In this document: piece by piece, positions 27,744 to 39,100 of the stretch
How positions within the stretch are numbered: the stretch's first letter is position 1
How the letters are laid out: each line of letters opens with the position of its first letter
Source: an uncultured Micavibrio sp.
GTDB lineage: Bacteria; Patescibacteriota; Minisyncoccia; Moranbacterales; GCA-2747515
NCBI GenBank assembly: GCA_964534895.1
Contig: CAZHQB010000003.1
Coordinates: 1 to 45,622, forward strand
Direction: 5' to 3'
DNA: 45,622 nt
Made by a program: the position numbers and the translations under genes
The notes under the pieces: generated by a model
Databases searched by the model: none
Told to the model about the DNA's origin: nothing
Seen by the model: only the letters and a program-made list of their open reading frames with translations

Positions 27744-30700
27744 ATGACAGAGGACAATCAACAAAAAACTCCAAAAGATTTAATGCTTGAACAAATGAAA
27801 AAAAAGCGTAAGAAATGTAATGGTAGATGTGATGAGATTGATAATGCTAAAAATTTTTCTAAATACACTTCTAAAGAAACACAAAAAGTTCAAGTTATAA
27901 ATCCATACAAAACACCAGATGCTAATGAGGATTTTGTAAAGCCTTATAATTTGGGTGTGCATAATGTAAAACAGAATACTCGAGGTGTATATACAAAAGA
28001 AGATATTGAAAAAGCAAATGGCCCAAAAATAACTAGTATATATAGTAATAATTTTTATGATAGTGAGAAGAATGGTGGAGATGTTTTGGATAAAGTAAAA
28101 ACTTCTGATATAATGAATGATGATAATGATGATAAAATAAAAAATATGAAAGTAGAAAATGGTATTTTGCCAAGAGATATACCTCATGATGGTACTAATC
28201 ATGAAAAAAAGAATGAGGTAGTTGAAAAGAATCAAGAAGGGCATGATGATATTGACATTCTTGCAGATGAAGAATTGGCGGATAGTTTTGAGCGTGAAAA
28301 AAATAAAAAAGCAGATAATGAAGTTGACGAAATTGACAGTTTAGGTGATGAAGAATTGGCTGATAGATTTGAGAGGGAAAAAAATAATTCAAATGAAGAT
28401 GAAAAAAATAAAGATAGTAATTCACGACAAGAAAATATTAAGCAATTGCAGTCTGCTTTGGATGATGTCAGGGATGCTTTAGTTACAAAAAAACGAAGGA
28501 CAGAAAAGTCATTTGATAAAATTAGGTCGTTATTAGGTAGAGTGAAAGTGGATAATGTAAATGAAGAAGTAAAACAAGTGCAAGATGAATACAATAGGAT
28601 GCTTACTCAGTTAAGAGAAGTTATGTTGGAGGAACGAGATGACGAAAATATAAGTGAGGAGCGTAAACGAGAGATTAATGCTGAAATTAAATTTATGGCA
28701 ATTAATGAAGGCATTAAGTTAAATGATGCTGAATCAAAAGCTCGTTTGGAAACAAAATGGGGCACAGTAGGTGATAAAATACAAAAAATGGGTTTGTGGT
28801 ATAAGAATTTACCAAAGAAAGTTAAATATGCGATGGCTGGAGCATTATTTGCTGGTGGTGTTGCACTAACTGCAAGTGGAGGAGGAATTGTTGCTGGTGG
28901 AGCATTGACTTTTAGTAAGGGAGTTAAACGTTTATTTGGTGCTACAGCTGTTGGTGTGGGAGTCGGTGCTGGACTAGAGACAAAAGTAAAAGCAAAACGG
29001 GAAGCGAAAATGCAAGAAGAAATGAAGAAATTTACAGATTTATCAATTGAGGAACAAAATGAATTAATAGGTAAGTTGGATAGTTTTGATAGTGATACTC
29101 AAAAAGAATATGAAAAAATTAAAACTGCTAGAAGAAGAATTAAGTTTGCAGCTATTGGTTCTGCGGCAGCTTTACTTGTTGGAGGTAAGGTTGTTTCACA
29201 TATGTTTGCAGGAAATGTGGATATGCCTAATTCTGAACATATTAGTGATTCTGTTGCAGATCAAGTTGCAGAACATGCTGGATATGGTAAGGATATTTTT
29301 GAATCAGCTACGGATAATTTTACAGAAGCCATGAAAGAAACCAGAGCTTATGAACATTTTAAAATTAAATATGGAGAAGAAGCTTATATAAAATTTTTAG
29401 AAAAAGGAGGAAATGATGAACTTTGGACAAAACATGTGGAAAGAGCAAGATATATGTACGAAAATTTAGCTCGAACAGATGCAAAATTAAATCTTGCTCA
29501 TAATTTGGCAAGACAAATGGGCATTGATAATCCAAATAGTATAAATGTTACAACTGAAGGCGGTGTTCCAACGGAAATAAATGGTCAATCGGTGCCAGAA
29601 AATTTACTAACGCCAGATCAAAAAAAGGCAATTGCTTTTGCTCGTAAGATAAAAGAAACTATGTCGGGTGATAATACAGGGCTTGCTCCAAAAATTCATC
29701 ATGCAACAGGTGGGGTTAACGAGGGGGTTGGCACAGATTGGCTTGGGCATGAGGATGACTTAAGGGAGGGTGATTCATATATTGGTGATGAATTGAAGGC
29801 AGATGATGAATATTGGGATAATGTTAGTAAAAATGATACAACTGCACATGAAATTGCTAAAAAGATGGGCATTGACAATTCGGATAAAATTGAATACAAT
29901 TCAGATTTCTCTGAAATTAATGGACACAAAGTTCCACAAGAATTGTTGACACAACAGCAGAAAGATTTGATAAACACAAATAAGGCTTTTGATAAAGGTT
30001 ATGCTGAATTACAACATTCAGATGGCGTTGATGGAGATGCTGACATTGCAACTGGAAATAAGTTAATGTCAGAATATATTCAACGTGCAAAAGATTTGCC
30101 ACTTACTGACAGAGATAAGATGGAAGAATATTTAATAAAATTGAATAAGGAAAGCGTAGCTTCAAATGGAGTAGTAAATGAAGAAATACTTAGAAAACAA
30201 GTTGAAGATGCGTTTACTCAGTATAAATTGACGGGTGAAATTCCTACTATGCCAGAAATGTCAGATAGTGTGGATGTGGTAGATATGCATGCAGCTATGG
30301 ATCAAATGACGCATAGTGCTGAAGTAGATAATCCACTATCACAAGGATTTAATCATATAGAAGTTGGAGCAGACAGTATTGGAACATTAATTGTTGACAA
30401 GGGTAATAGCATTGAAGGGGCTCTCATCAAATTTCTTAGGGATAATAGTGATAAATTAACTGAAGGCGGAATGGGCTGGAATTCAGACGATCCGAGATGG
30501 GGTGGTGATGTATCAAAATGGGCTGGTGCTAGAGCACATGGACTTGCAGAAGAATTTGCTAAAACACATCAAGGGATTGATTTGGACATGGTTCAACCTG
30601 GGACAGAACTCAAATTAGATTTATCAAATCCAGCAGACATAAAACTTAATGTTGATTTTGAGGGTGGTCCGCGAATAGTACCAGAAACAGGTAAGGTGGA

Positions 30701-31175
30701 TATTTTGGATGGAGGAGATGATATGGATGCAAAGATGCTTGCGGATAATGAAGTGAATAATGAGATAGAATCGATGGAAACAAATGCTGATGTTGTAGAA
30801 CATTCTAGTGAGGCTATAGAAAATAAATTTTCTAATATGTCAGAGATTGATGTTGTGAAAGAACTTATGAATAATGTAGAATTTAAGTCTGTAGTTGCTG
30901 GACAAATGCAAGAAATGTTGGATGGTGGCACTTTGGCAGATACGCTTAGAAATATAGCACCAATAAATATTAGTGCGCTTTTAACTGAAAACAATGTGTC
31001 ATCACAAGCTGAAGCTCTACGTGGTTTACAAAGTAGAGCAGTTGAGGTTTTAGGTAAAAGTGCTAAAGCACGTCCAGGAGTTACTGTAGGGAATTATTTT
31101 ACACGTATATTCGCTAAAGCTGTAAAAGAGGGTAAGGTAGAAGATATTTTTCCATCAGCAAAATTACCAAAGTAA
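27744..31175 (+). CDS. Large acidic hypothetical protein with Gly/Ala-rich hydrophobic segments, internal repeats and a split LysM-like motif
   Basis: 1143-aa ORF; repeats DEELADxFEREKN (x2) and AHxxAxxMGIDN...EINGxxVPxxLLT (x2); LIVDKGNSI...DMVQPGTELKL. Confidence 0.75.
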   Translation: MTEDNQQKTPKDLMLEQMKKKRKKCNGRCDEIDNAKNFSKYTSKETQKVQVINPYKTPDANEDFVKPYNLGVHNVKQNTRGVYTKEDIEKANGPKITSIYSNNFYDSEKNGGDVLDKVKTSDIMNDDNDDKIKNMKVENGILPRDIPHDGTNHEKKNEVVEKNQEGHDDIDILADEELADSFEREKNKKADNEVDEIDSLGDEELADRFEREKNNSNEDEKNKDSNSRQENIKQLQSALDDVRDALVTKKRRTEKSFDKIRSLLGRVKVDNVNEEVKQVQDEYNRMLTQLREVMLEERDDENISEERKREINAEIKFMAINEGIKLNDAESKARLETKWGTVGDKIQKMGLWYKNLPKKVKYAMAGALFAGGVALTASGGGIVAGGALTFSKGVKRLFGATAVGVGVGAGLETKVKAKREAKMQEEMKKFTDLSIEEQNELIGKLDSFDSDTQKEYEKIKTARRRIKFAAIGSAAALLVGGKVVSHMFAGNVDMPNSEHISDSVADQVAEHAGYGKDIFESATDNFTEAMKETRAYEHFKIKYGEEAYIKFLEKGGNDELWTKHVERARYMYENLARTDAKLNLAHNLARQMGIDNPNSINVTTEGGVPTEINGQSVPENLLTPDQKKAIAFARKIKETMSGDNTGLAPKIHHATGGVNEGVGTDWLGHEDDLREGDSYIGDELKADDEYWDNVSKNDTTAHEIAKKMGIDNSDKIEYNSDFSEINGHKVPQELLTQQQKDLINTNKAFDKGYAELQHSDGVDGDADIATGNKLMSEYIQRAKDLPLTDRDKMEEYLIKLNKESVASNGVVNEEILRKQVEDAFTQYKLTGEIPTMPEMSDSVDVVDMHAAMDQMTHSAEVDNPLSQGFNHIEVGADSIGTLIVDKGNSIEGALIKFLRDNSDKLTEGGMGWNSDDPRWGGDVSKWAGARAHGLAEEFAKTHQGIDLDMVQPGTELKLDLSNPADIKLNVDFEGGPRIVPETGKVDILDGGDDMDAKMLADNEVNNEIESMETNADVVEHSSEAIENKFSNMSEIDVVKELMNNVEFKSVVAGQMQEMLDGGTLADTLRNIAPINISALLTENNVSSQAEALRGLQSRAVEVLGKSAKARPGVTVGNYFTRIFAKAVKEGKVEDIFPSAKLPK

Positions 31176-31201
31176 ATTAATAATATTATTAAAATAAAAA
31201 T

Positions 31202-31528
31202 ATGACTGAAGAAAAACAAATGAAACAAAATGTAACTAGTATTCAACAAACAATTGCAAAGGAGTTTGGTTTTGATGAATTAGAGGATGAAAAACAACAA
31301 AAATTAATTGAACGTATGACCGAATCTGTCATTAAAAGAGTTTTAGTTGAGGCTTATGCAAAACTCTCTGAGTCTGATCGTGAGACTTTTGAAGAGATGA
31401 TGGAAAATGTTGAAAATATTAATCCGAATGATATAGATGAATTTCTTCAAGAAAAATTGACGGATTATGATGCTATAGTAGTAGAGGCTGTGGAAGACTT
31501 AAAAAAGCATCTTACACAAACTAATTAA
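31202..31528 (+). CDS. Small acidic helical hypothetical protein (DUF5663-like)
   Basis: EFGFDELEDEKQQKLIERMTESVIKRV...LSESDRETFE; pattern recalled from CPR DUF5663 proteins, not verified. Confidence 0.6.
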   Translation: MTEEKQMKQNVTSIQQTIAKEFGFDELEDEKQQKLIERMTESVIKRVLVEAYAKLSESDRETFEEMMENVENINPNDIDEFLQEKLTDYDAIVVEAVEDLKKHLTQTN

Positions 31529-31559
31529 ACAATAAAGTGTTCTATAAATACTAAAAGTT

Positions 31560-31988
31560 ATGACAGATTCAACATTAAATTCACAAGAAACACAAATTCC
31601 AGAAAATATAAGTTTGGAAAAGAGGTTTGATATAGAGGAAACAGAGGGTAAAATTGAATTTAATACAGAAAAAACTGTAGAAAATGTATCTGAACGAAAT
31701 GTAGCAGAAAAAGATAGTGCATATCAAGATATTCTTGCAAAAGTAAAATCGCAACACAATAATAATGATGATACTATTATGCAAGATGCAAGTAGTTTAC
31801 ATCAACAAACAGATCGTGAATCACAAATTACACGTCTTATTGATCTTGCCATGACAAAAGGGGTTGTACATGCAGTAAAAGTAGCACAAAAAGCAGAAGA
31901 TTATTATGTATTAGATCAATTGCATGACAGATTACTCGCAGATGAATTACATGAGGCACTTATATCAAATGGGCTTATCGAAAAATAA
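31560..31988 (+). CDS. Hypothetical protein with a conserved-looking C-terminal helical domain
   Basis: Low-complexity N-terminus then LIDLAMTKGVVHAVKVA...YVLDQLHDRL. Confidence 0.7.
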   Translation: MTDSTLNSQETQIPENISLEKRFDIEETEGKIEFNTEKTVENVSERNVAEKDSAYQDILAKVKSQHNNNDDTIMQDASSLHQQTDRESQITRLIDLAMTKGVVHAVKVAQKAEDYYVLDQLHDRLLADELHEALISNGLIEK

Positions 31989-32058
31989 TGTGAAGTATGA
32001 TGTAAGTGATAGATAATCATAAATAGTTTATTGTAACACATTATCAAAAACAAAAATT

Positions 32059-34554
32059 ATGGAAATTAGTACAGTATTTATCATTTTAATTTTGTTATTT
32101 GCGACGATTAGTTTAATTGCTGGTGTTCTTTTGGTTATAAAAAGTATTTTCGGTTATAAAGGACTTGTGGAGAGATCAATGAATGAGAATTTAGAAATGA
32201 TACGTGTTACTAAACAATATGACAGTGAACAGAATGCTCAAAATCCAGAATTATGGAAAGAAGAGATTGGTGCTATGGAACAATTACTTGCATCTTTTGC
32301 TCAGTTAAGAGATCGCAAATTATTATGGAAGACAATACTTTATGGAAAACCTACAATTACACTTGAAATTGCAAATCCAGCAAATGATGAAGAAATATTT
32401 TTTTATGTAAGTGTGCCCAGTAAATTTCGTTCCTCATTGGAAAAGCAAATTCATAGTTATTTTCCGGATTCGATGATTGAAAAAATAGAGGATTATACAA
32501 TTTTTTCACCAGGGTCTTATAGTGCTGTGGGTATTGTTAAATTATCAAAAACAGGAGCCCTGCCTATTAAAACTTATGAAGTGATGGATAATGATCCACT
32601 TAACGAAATCACAAATGCATTCAGTAAGCTTGCTGAAAAAGGTGAAGGAGCCAGTATTCAGATTGTATTACAAGATTCTGGTAGATCGTGGCGTTCTAAG
32701 GGCAAAAAAATTGCACATGAAATGCAACAGGGAAAACAATTAAAAGATGCACAAGGTGGATTTATACATGGGGCAATGAAAGAAGTTGGGAAAGGGCTAG
32801 GGCCGAAATCACCAGAACAGCCACAAAGTGAAAAAGTTATTCAATTAACACCAGAAGAACAGGAGTTGGTGAAATCAATCGAAACAAAAACAGTGAAGAC
32901 AGGCTTTAAAACAAATATTAGATTAATAGCATCAGCAGGCACGCAAGAGCGAGCAGAAGAAATTTTGGCACATATGGAAAATGCTTTTTCGCAATTCGAA
33001 AATCCTGGAGTAAATCATTTTGTGGTACAACACGTGGGCACAAAATCCAAGAAACAAGCTTTTAATTATATCTTTCGTGCTTTTAATGAAGATTACTCAA
33101 TATTGTTAGGCGTTGAAGAAATTGCAAGTATTTTTCATTTTCCAATTTCCACAACTGAAACGCCAAAAATCAAATGGCTTAAGTCTGGTAGTGCACCACC
33201 ACCGACGGATGTGCCAAAAGCAGGTGTGTATATTGGTACAAATAATTATCGAGGTATTGAGACGAAAATTTTTCTTTCAGATAATGATAGACGACGACAT
33301 ATGTATGTAATAGGTCAAACTGGTACTGGTAAATCGACAATCCTAGAAGAAATGGCAAAGCAAGATGTACTAAATGGAAATGGTATGTGTTATATTGATC
33401 CACATGGTGAAGCAATCGAACATATTATGACAGCAATCCCAAAAGAACGAGCAGAAGATGTTGTTTATTTTGATCCATCTGATACGGAGCGTCCCTTTGG
33501 ACTTAATATGCTTGAATATGATGAAAGCAAACCAGAAGAAAAAACATTTGTTGTGAATGAAATTATTAATATCTTTGATGCTCTTTACGATTTGAAGGCT
33601 ACTGGTGGACCTATGTTTGAACAATACATGAGGAATGCCATGCTTCTTATCATGGATGATGTTGAGACAGGATCAACATTAATGGAAATACCAAAAGTAC
33701 TAGCTGATGAAGATTTTCGTAAAATGAAATTGAATAAATGCAAGAATGATATAGTAAAAACTTTCTGGTTGGAAGAAGCAGAGAAAGCTGGTGGTGAGGC
33801 GGCGTTGGCTAATATGGTCCCGTATATTACTTCAAAATTGACACCATTTTTATCAAATGATATGATGCGTCCTATTATTTCGCAGCAGAAAAGTACGTTA
33901 GATTTTCGTGAAATTATGGATACTCAGAAAATTTTACTCATCAATCTGTCAAAAGGTAAAATTGGTGAAACTAATAGTCATTTACTCGGTATGATTATTG
34001 TGGGTAAATTGTTAATGGCAGCACTTGGAAGAGTTGATATGCCAGAAGATGAACGTAAGGATTTCTATATGTATATTGATGAATTTCAAAATGTGACAAC
34101 AGATTCTATTGCACAAATTTTGTCAGAGGCACGAAAATACAGATTGGGATTAATTTTAGCACATCAATTTATAGGGCAATTATCTGAAGATATATCAAAA
34201 GCTGTTTTTGGTAATGTAGGTTCACTTGCATCGTATCGTGTTGGTCCAGAAGATGCAGAATTTTTGCAGAAACAATTTGAACCAGTATTTACAGCAAAAG
34301 ATCTTATTAATGTGGATAATTATAATTATTTTGGACGGTTACTTTTAAATGGTAAATCGACAACGCCGTTTAATATAGCAGCACCATTTCCAACGGAGGG
34401 CAGTACTGAATTTATAGAGCCAATTAAGGAATTATCACGACTTAAATATGGGCGAGATAGGGATGTTATAGAACAAGAAGTAATAGCTAGAAGTAAAATA
34501 ACACAAATTCCAACAGAAGAAGCAACAAAAAAAGCAGATCATTATTGGAAATAA
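32059..34554 (+). CDS. VirD4/TraG/TraD-like (HerA-FtsK superfamily) membrane-anchored coupling ATPase
   Basis: N-terminal TM; RRRHMYVIGQTGTGKS (Walker A), IDPHG, MYIDEFQN (Walker B), LSEARKY, AHQF, FGNVGS. Confidence 0.87.
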   Translation: MEISTVFIILILLFATISLIAGVLLVIKSIFGYKGLVERSMNENLEMIRVTKQYDSEQNAQNPELWKEEIGAMEQLLASFAQLRDRKLLWKTILYGKPTITLEIANPANDEEIFFYVSVPSKFRSSLEKQIHSYFPDSMIEKIEDYTIFSPGSYSAVGIVKLSKTGALPIKTYEVMDNDPLNEITNAFSKLAEKGEGASIQIVLQDSGRSWRSKGKKIAHEMQQGKQLKDAQGGFIHGAMKEVGKGLGPKSPEQPQSEKVIQLTPEEQELVKSIETKTVKTGFKTNIRLIASAGTQERAEEILAHMENAFSQFENPGVNHFVVQHVGTKSKKQAFNYIFRAFNEDYSILLGVEEIASIFHFPISTTETPKIKWLKSGSAPPPTDVPKAGVYIGTNNYRGIETKIFLSDNDRRRHMYVIGQTGTGKSTILEEMAKQDVLNGNGMCYIDPHGEAIEHIMTAIPKERAEDVVYFDPSDTERPFGLNMLEYDESKPEEKTFVVNEIINIFDALYDLKATGGPMFEQYMRNAMLLIMDDVETGSTLMEIPKVLADEDFRKMKLNKCKNDIVKTFWLEEAEKAGGEAALANMVPYITSKLTPFLSNDMMRPIISQQKSTLDFREIMDTQKILLINLSKGKIGETNSHLLGMIIVGKLLMAALGRVDMPEDERKDFYMYIDEFQNVTTDSIAQILSEARKYRLGLILAHQFIGQLSEDISKAVFGNVGSLASYRVGPEDAEFLQKQFEPVFTAKDLINVDNYNYFGRLLLNGKSTTPFNIAAPFPTEGSTEFIEPIKELSRLKYGRDRDVIEQEVIARSKITQIPTEEATKKADHYWK

Positions 34555-34621
34555 ATATAGTCTAGTTTGTGGTTTATTAGAGGACTTGATTGAAGATTTA
34601 TCTTTAACCAAGTTTTTATAT

Positions 34622-34669
34622 TTGACAAAATCATCATGGTACTATATCCTATACCTGTGGTGTAGGTAT
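34622..34669 (+). promoter_or_regulatory. sigma70 promoter with an abutting CsoR/RcnR-type operator
   Basis: TTGACA-17 bp-TATCCT immediately followed by the inverted repeat ATACCT-GTGGTGT-AGGTAT (34651-34669). Confidence 0.7.
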
Positions 34670-34688
34670 CAATAATTTTAAATATATT

Positions 34689-34991
34689 ATGCAAAAAAAA
34701 GACAAACAAAAGAAAAAAATAATTATAGGACTTAGGAAAGCTCGTACTAGTTTGGACAAAATAATATACCTGTTGGGTAAAGATGAAGCAGAAGTGGAAA
34801 ATAAATGTTTTGACGTTATTCAACAAAATTTATCAGTAATTGGATTATTAAAATCTGCAAATATTGCTATGCTTGAGAATCATTTAGATTTTTATATTAA
34901 CAGTGTAAATAAAAAAAATGTTTCAAAGGAAGAGTTAAAAAATATGAAGGAGGAAATTATGCGTATTGTACAAATTGCACAAAAGAAGTAA
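34689..34991 (+). CDS. CsoR/RcnR family transcriptional repressor
   Basis: LRKARTSLDKII...CFDVIQQNLSVIGLLKSA...LENHL; 100-aa three-helix pattern. Confidence 0.85.
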   Translation: MQKKDKQKKKIIIGLRKARTSLDKIIYLLGKDEAEVENKCFDVIQQNLSVIGLLKSANIAMLENHLDFYINSVNKKNVSKEELKNMKEEIMRIVQIAQKK

Positions 34992-35016
34992 GTAATTATA
35001 TTAAGTATAAAAGTAT

Positions 35017-36189
35017 ATGAGTAAAAGGAATATTATTTTCATCATTGCATGCGTAATTATTTTTGGTGGTGTCATCATAAATAGATCTATTAAAACACAA
35101 GCACATGCTAAAGAACAAAATAAGAAACAAGTGAAAAACGTAAAAGTTGTGAGTGTTCAGGATGGTTATAGAAATACAATTGCATATAGAGGGATTGTAA
35201 AAGGTGCAACGGAAGTACATCTTGCTCCAAAAGCACAGGGACGTGTCACAAAAATATATAAAGAAATTGGAGAAACTGTTTATAAAGGTCAACTTTTGGC
35301 TACTATTGATGGTAGTGAATTATGGGCACAAACAAATGTTGCTCAAACTGGATATAAGTCAGCTAAAGAATCAACAGAAAAAACCAAAAAATATTTTGAT
35401 AAGCAAGTCTCTCAGGCAAAAAAGGGTAGAAATTTAGCACAAAGTGCTTATGAAGTTGCTAAGCAAAGTGGTAATCAACAAGCTATTATTCAAGCAAAGG
35501 CAAATTATGAAATGGCAAAAAAGGCTGTCAGTGTTGCGAAAAAAGGACGTGATTTACAAGTCGAAATGGCAAAAGGTCAAAAAGAGGTAGCTAAGAGTCA
35601 ATTAATCGCCACTCAAACTATGGCAAGTAATACACAATTAAGGGCTCCTTTTTCAGGAGTATTAGCACAGTCAAATGTAGAAGTTGGGTCTTTAGTCTCT
35701 CCACAAATTTCTATGTTTTTGCTTGTGGGCAATGCTGGTCAAGAAGTTGAAATTTCAGTTCCAGCTTTAGAATTAGATAATTTATCTGTTGGTCAAGAGG
35801 TCGAGGTGATCACAGATAATGATAAAAAGATAAAAGCTAAAATTTCTGCAATTAGTCCTATGATAGATACTCATACACGCAAAGGTATTGTGAAAGTGTC
35901 TATAACAAAAAGTGAATCCTTAGTTTTGGGCGAATATGTAAGTGTATTATTGCCAGAAAAAAAAGTTGCTGATGAAGCTGTCATTCCAAGAAATGCACTT
36001 GTTCAAGAATATCATGATTCTTTTGTGTTTATTGTAGTTGATAATAAGATTCACAAACAATTGGTAAGAATTAGACAAGATTTTGGAGATAAAGTTGTGA
36101 TTGAAGGTGGTTTAAATATTGGAGATAATATAGTTATTGAGGGTCAACAATATTTAGATGATAATGATTTTGTGGAGATAACAGAATAA
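35017..36189 (+). CDS. RND efflux periplasmic adaptor (membrane fusion protein)
   Basis: N-terminal anchor, lipoyl-like GRVTKIYKEIGETVYKGQLL, alpha hairpin, LRAPFSG, GLNIGDNIVIEG. Confidence 0.9.
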   Translation: MSKRNIIFIIACVIIFGGVIINRSIKTQAHAKEQNKKQVKNVKVVSVQDGYRNTIAYRGIVKGATEVHLAPKAQGRVTKIYKEIGETVYKGQLLATIDGSELWAQTNVAQTGYKSAKESTEKTKKYFDKQVSQAKKGRNLAQSAYEVAKQSGNQQAIIQAKANYEMAKKAVSVAKKGRDLQVEMAKGQKEVAKSQLIATQTMASNTQLRAPFSGVLAQSNVEVGSLVSPQISMFLLVGNAGQEVEISVPALELDNLSVGQEVEVITDNDKKIKAKISAISPMIDTHTRKGIVKVSITKSESLVLGEYVSVLLPEKKVADEAVIPRNALVQEYHDSFVFIVVDNKIHKQLVRIRQDFGDKVVIEGGLNIGDNIVIEGQQYLDDNDFVEITE

Positions 36190-36194
36190 AATAT

Positions 36195-39100
36195 ATGAAA
36201 CAAATTAAACAACAAGGGTATAAGTTTGGTTTTTTTGGTAAAGTGGCTACTTTTTTTATACAACATAAAGAGCTTGGTGTGTTAACATTTATAGGAATTT
36301 TCTTTTGGGGTGGGTTATCTTTTGTAATGATGCCAAAACAGTATAATCCAGAGATTACAGCACCAGCTTTTCAGATAGTTACAGAATTTCCAGGTGCGAC
36401 AAGTGAAGAAGTGTATCAACTTGTTACACGTAAAATGGAAGATAGAGTGAAAGAAATAGCAACAGTAGATAAAGTCATGTCACAATCTTTTGATGGTGGT
36501 GCTAGTGTAGTTATTGTTCAATTTTATATTGGTGAAAATGTGGAAGACGCAAAAGTTACGCTCATGCAAAAATTGCAAAGTAATATGGATGATAAACCAC
36601 TTGGTGTAAATAATCCAAAAATAATAGCTATTGATCCAGATGATGTACCTATTATGTCCTTGGCTTTTACCAGTGATACGTTGTCCAATGCATCAGTACG
36701 TGCTTTGGTTTATGATGTTGCTGATAAACTTAAATTGATAAAAGGCACCTCAGTTGTTTTTGTAACTGGAGGAGCACAAAAAGAATTACGTGTTGATATA
36801 GACCCTATTAGACTTGCACAAAATAATCTCACCATAAGTCGTGTGATTGATACAATAAAGGGTAATAATATGTATGTGTTGGCTGGTGATATTGAAGCAA
36901 AAAATAACAATTATCATGTAACAGTTGATGGTATGATTCGTGGTGTGGAGGATTTGAAAAATATTGTTATAAATCAAGAGGGGGATAGTGTTGTGTATTT
37001 ATCAGATATTGCAGATATTAGTTATGTAGATGCAGATACAAAATCTCACAGTCGCTTTTGGGTCAGAGATAATAAGGATAAAAATGTAACTTATATAGCA
37101 ATTTCAAAATTAAAAGGTACAAATGCTACAAATATTACAGATGCAGTTAAACAAAAAATACAAGAGTTAAAACAAAAAAATATTATACCAAAAGATGTGT
37201 CGGTAAAAATTGTGCGGAACGAAGGGCAAGTTGCGCGTGAAGCCACTATGACACTTACAACGAATCTTGTGGCAGCAATTATAATTGTAGCAATTATTTT
37301 ATTATTGTTTTTAGGTTGGAGAAGTGCTTTGATTGTGCTTATCTCAATTCCATTGACTTTAGCGGCAGTTTTTGGCGTAGGTAATTTAGCGGGTCAGACA
37401 ATTAATAGGATTACACTTTTTGCACTTATTTTGTCATTAGGTATTTTAGTGGATGCTGCTATTGTTGTTGTGGAAAATATCTTTAGATTATTTAAAGAAA
37501 ATCCATTAGAAAAAAGAATACCTCTCGTTGCTCGTGCAGTCGATGAAGTTGGGGCCGGTTTGGTATTGAGTACAACCACGGTTACATTAGCTTTTATTCC
37601 CATGGCTTTTGTGACTGGTATGATGGGACCTTATATGGGGCCAATTCCATTTTTTGTGCCAATTACTTTAATCTCATCACTTGTAATTGCTTTGAGTATA
37701 ATTCCATTTTTACTTAATGTCATTGTGAGTAAAAGTAAAAAAATACCAGAAAATCAAAATAAAAATAATACATCAAAATCGAATATCTTTTTGCGTTTTA
37801 TTACAAAATTGCAAAATATTTATGCAAAATCATTAATACATTTATTAAATAGTAAAGCCAGAAGGAGAACATTAATGGGTATTGTTGTTGGATTACTAAT
37901 TATATCAATGGCTTTACCAATGTTAACAATTGTGAAATTTAGAATGTTGCCAAAAGCGGATAAAGAACAATTTTATGTATATATTGATTTACCACAATAT
38001 GCATCATTAGAGAAGACTAATGAGGTTGTTCATGTAGTTGAGCAATTTATAATGAAAAATCCAGAGGTTGTGAGTATGCAAAGTTATATAGGAACTCCGC
38101 AAATTGTAGATTTTAATGGGCTTTTTAAAGGGTCAGATGGGAGACGTAATGAGAATCAAGCGACTTTGAAAGTTAATTTAACACATCATAAACACAGAAA
38201 CATAACTTCAGAACAAATTGTGTTAGCTTTACGCGAACCATTGGCACAGGAATTAAAGCAATATCCAGATGTAAAAACAAAATTAATTGAAGATCCCCCA
38301 GGTCCTCCGGTATTATCTACTTATCTAATAAAGATTCATGGTACTTCAGATCAAAATACAGATCAAATAACTAGGAAATTAGAAAAATATATTACAAGTA
38401 TAAATGAAGTTGTTGATGTTGATACAACTTTGAATGAAATTACAGCCAATTATTTGTTGCGCATTAAGAAAGAAGAGGCATCAAGAGCTGGAATTAGTGT
38501 GTATAATATTGCTATGACATTACGAACGTTAATGTCAGGAGAAAAGATTGCTATGTATCATGAAACAGAAAATTCAAATATTAGAAAAGCACAACAAGAA
38601 TATATTATGGTACATACTTCTGCAGATAATCATGATAGCAAGGAAGATTTGGATAATATTTATGTAACTAATGCATTTGGGCAAAATATACCATTGTCAA
38701 GCGTTGTTGAGTATGTACAAACTAATAGTTTGCCAGTCATTTATTCAGATGAAAGACAAAAGACACAATATGTATATGCTGAGATGGGAGATAGAAGTGT
38801 TATTTATGCAATGATTGACACTCTTAAGTATTTAGTAAAGGAATATAAACCGTTTGGTGAAAATACTAGTATTGTACATTGGAATTTATTTGGTATAACT
38901 TATGAAAATACTCAAACACATAAACAAGCTGAAGTTTTATTAGATGGTGAATGGAAGCTAACATTAGAGGTATTTCGTGATCTAGGCATAGCTATGGCTG
39001 TTGCAATGGTTATGATTTATTTTGTACTTGTGGCAAGATTTCGTTCACTACTTATTCCTTTACTGATGATGGGTACGATTCCATTCTCGTTTATTGGTGT

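Noticed and set aside
32059-34554. Integrative conjugative element
   Set aside because: No relaxase, integrase, VirB4 or mating-pair genes nearby; the flanks are chromosomal.
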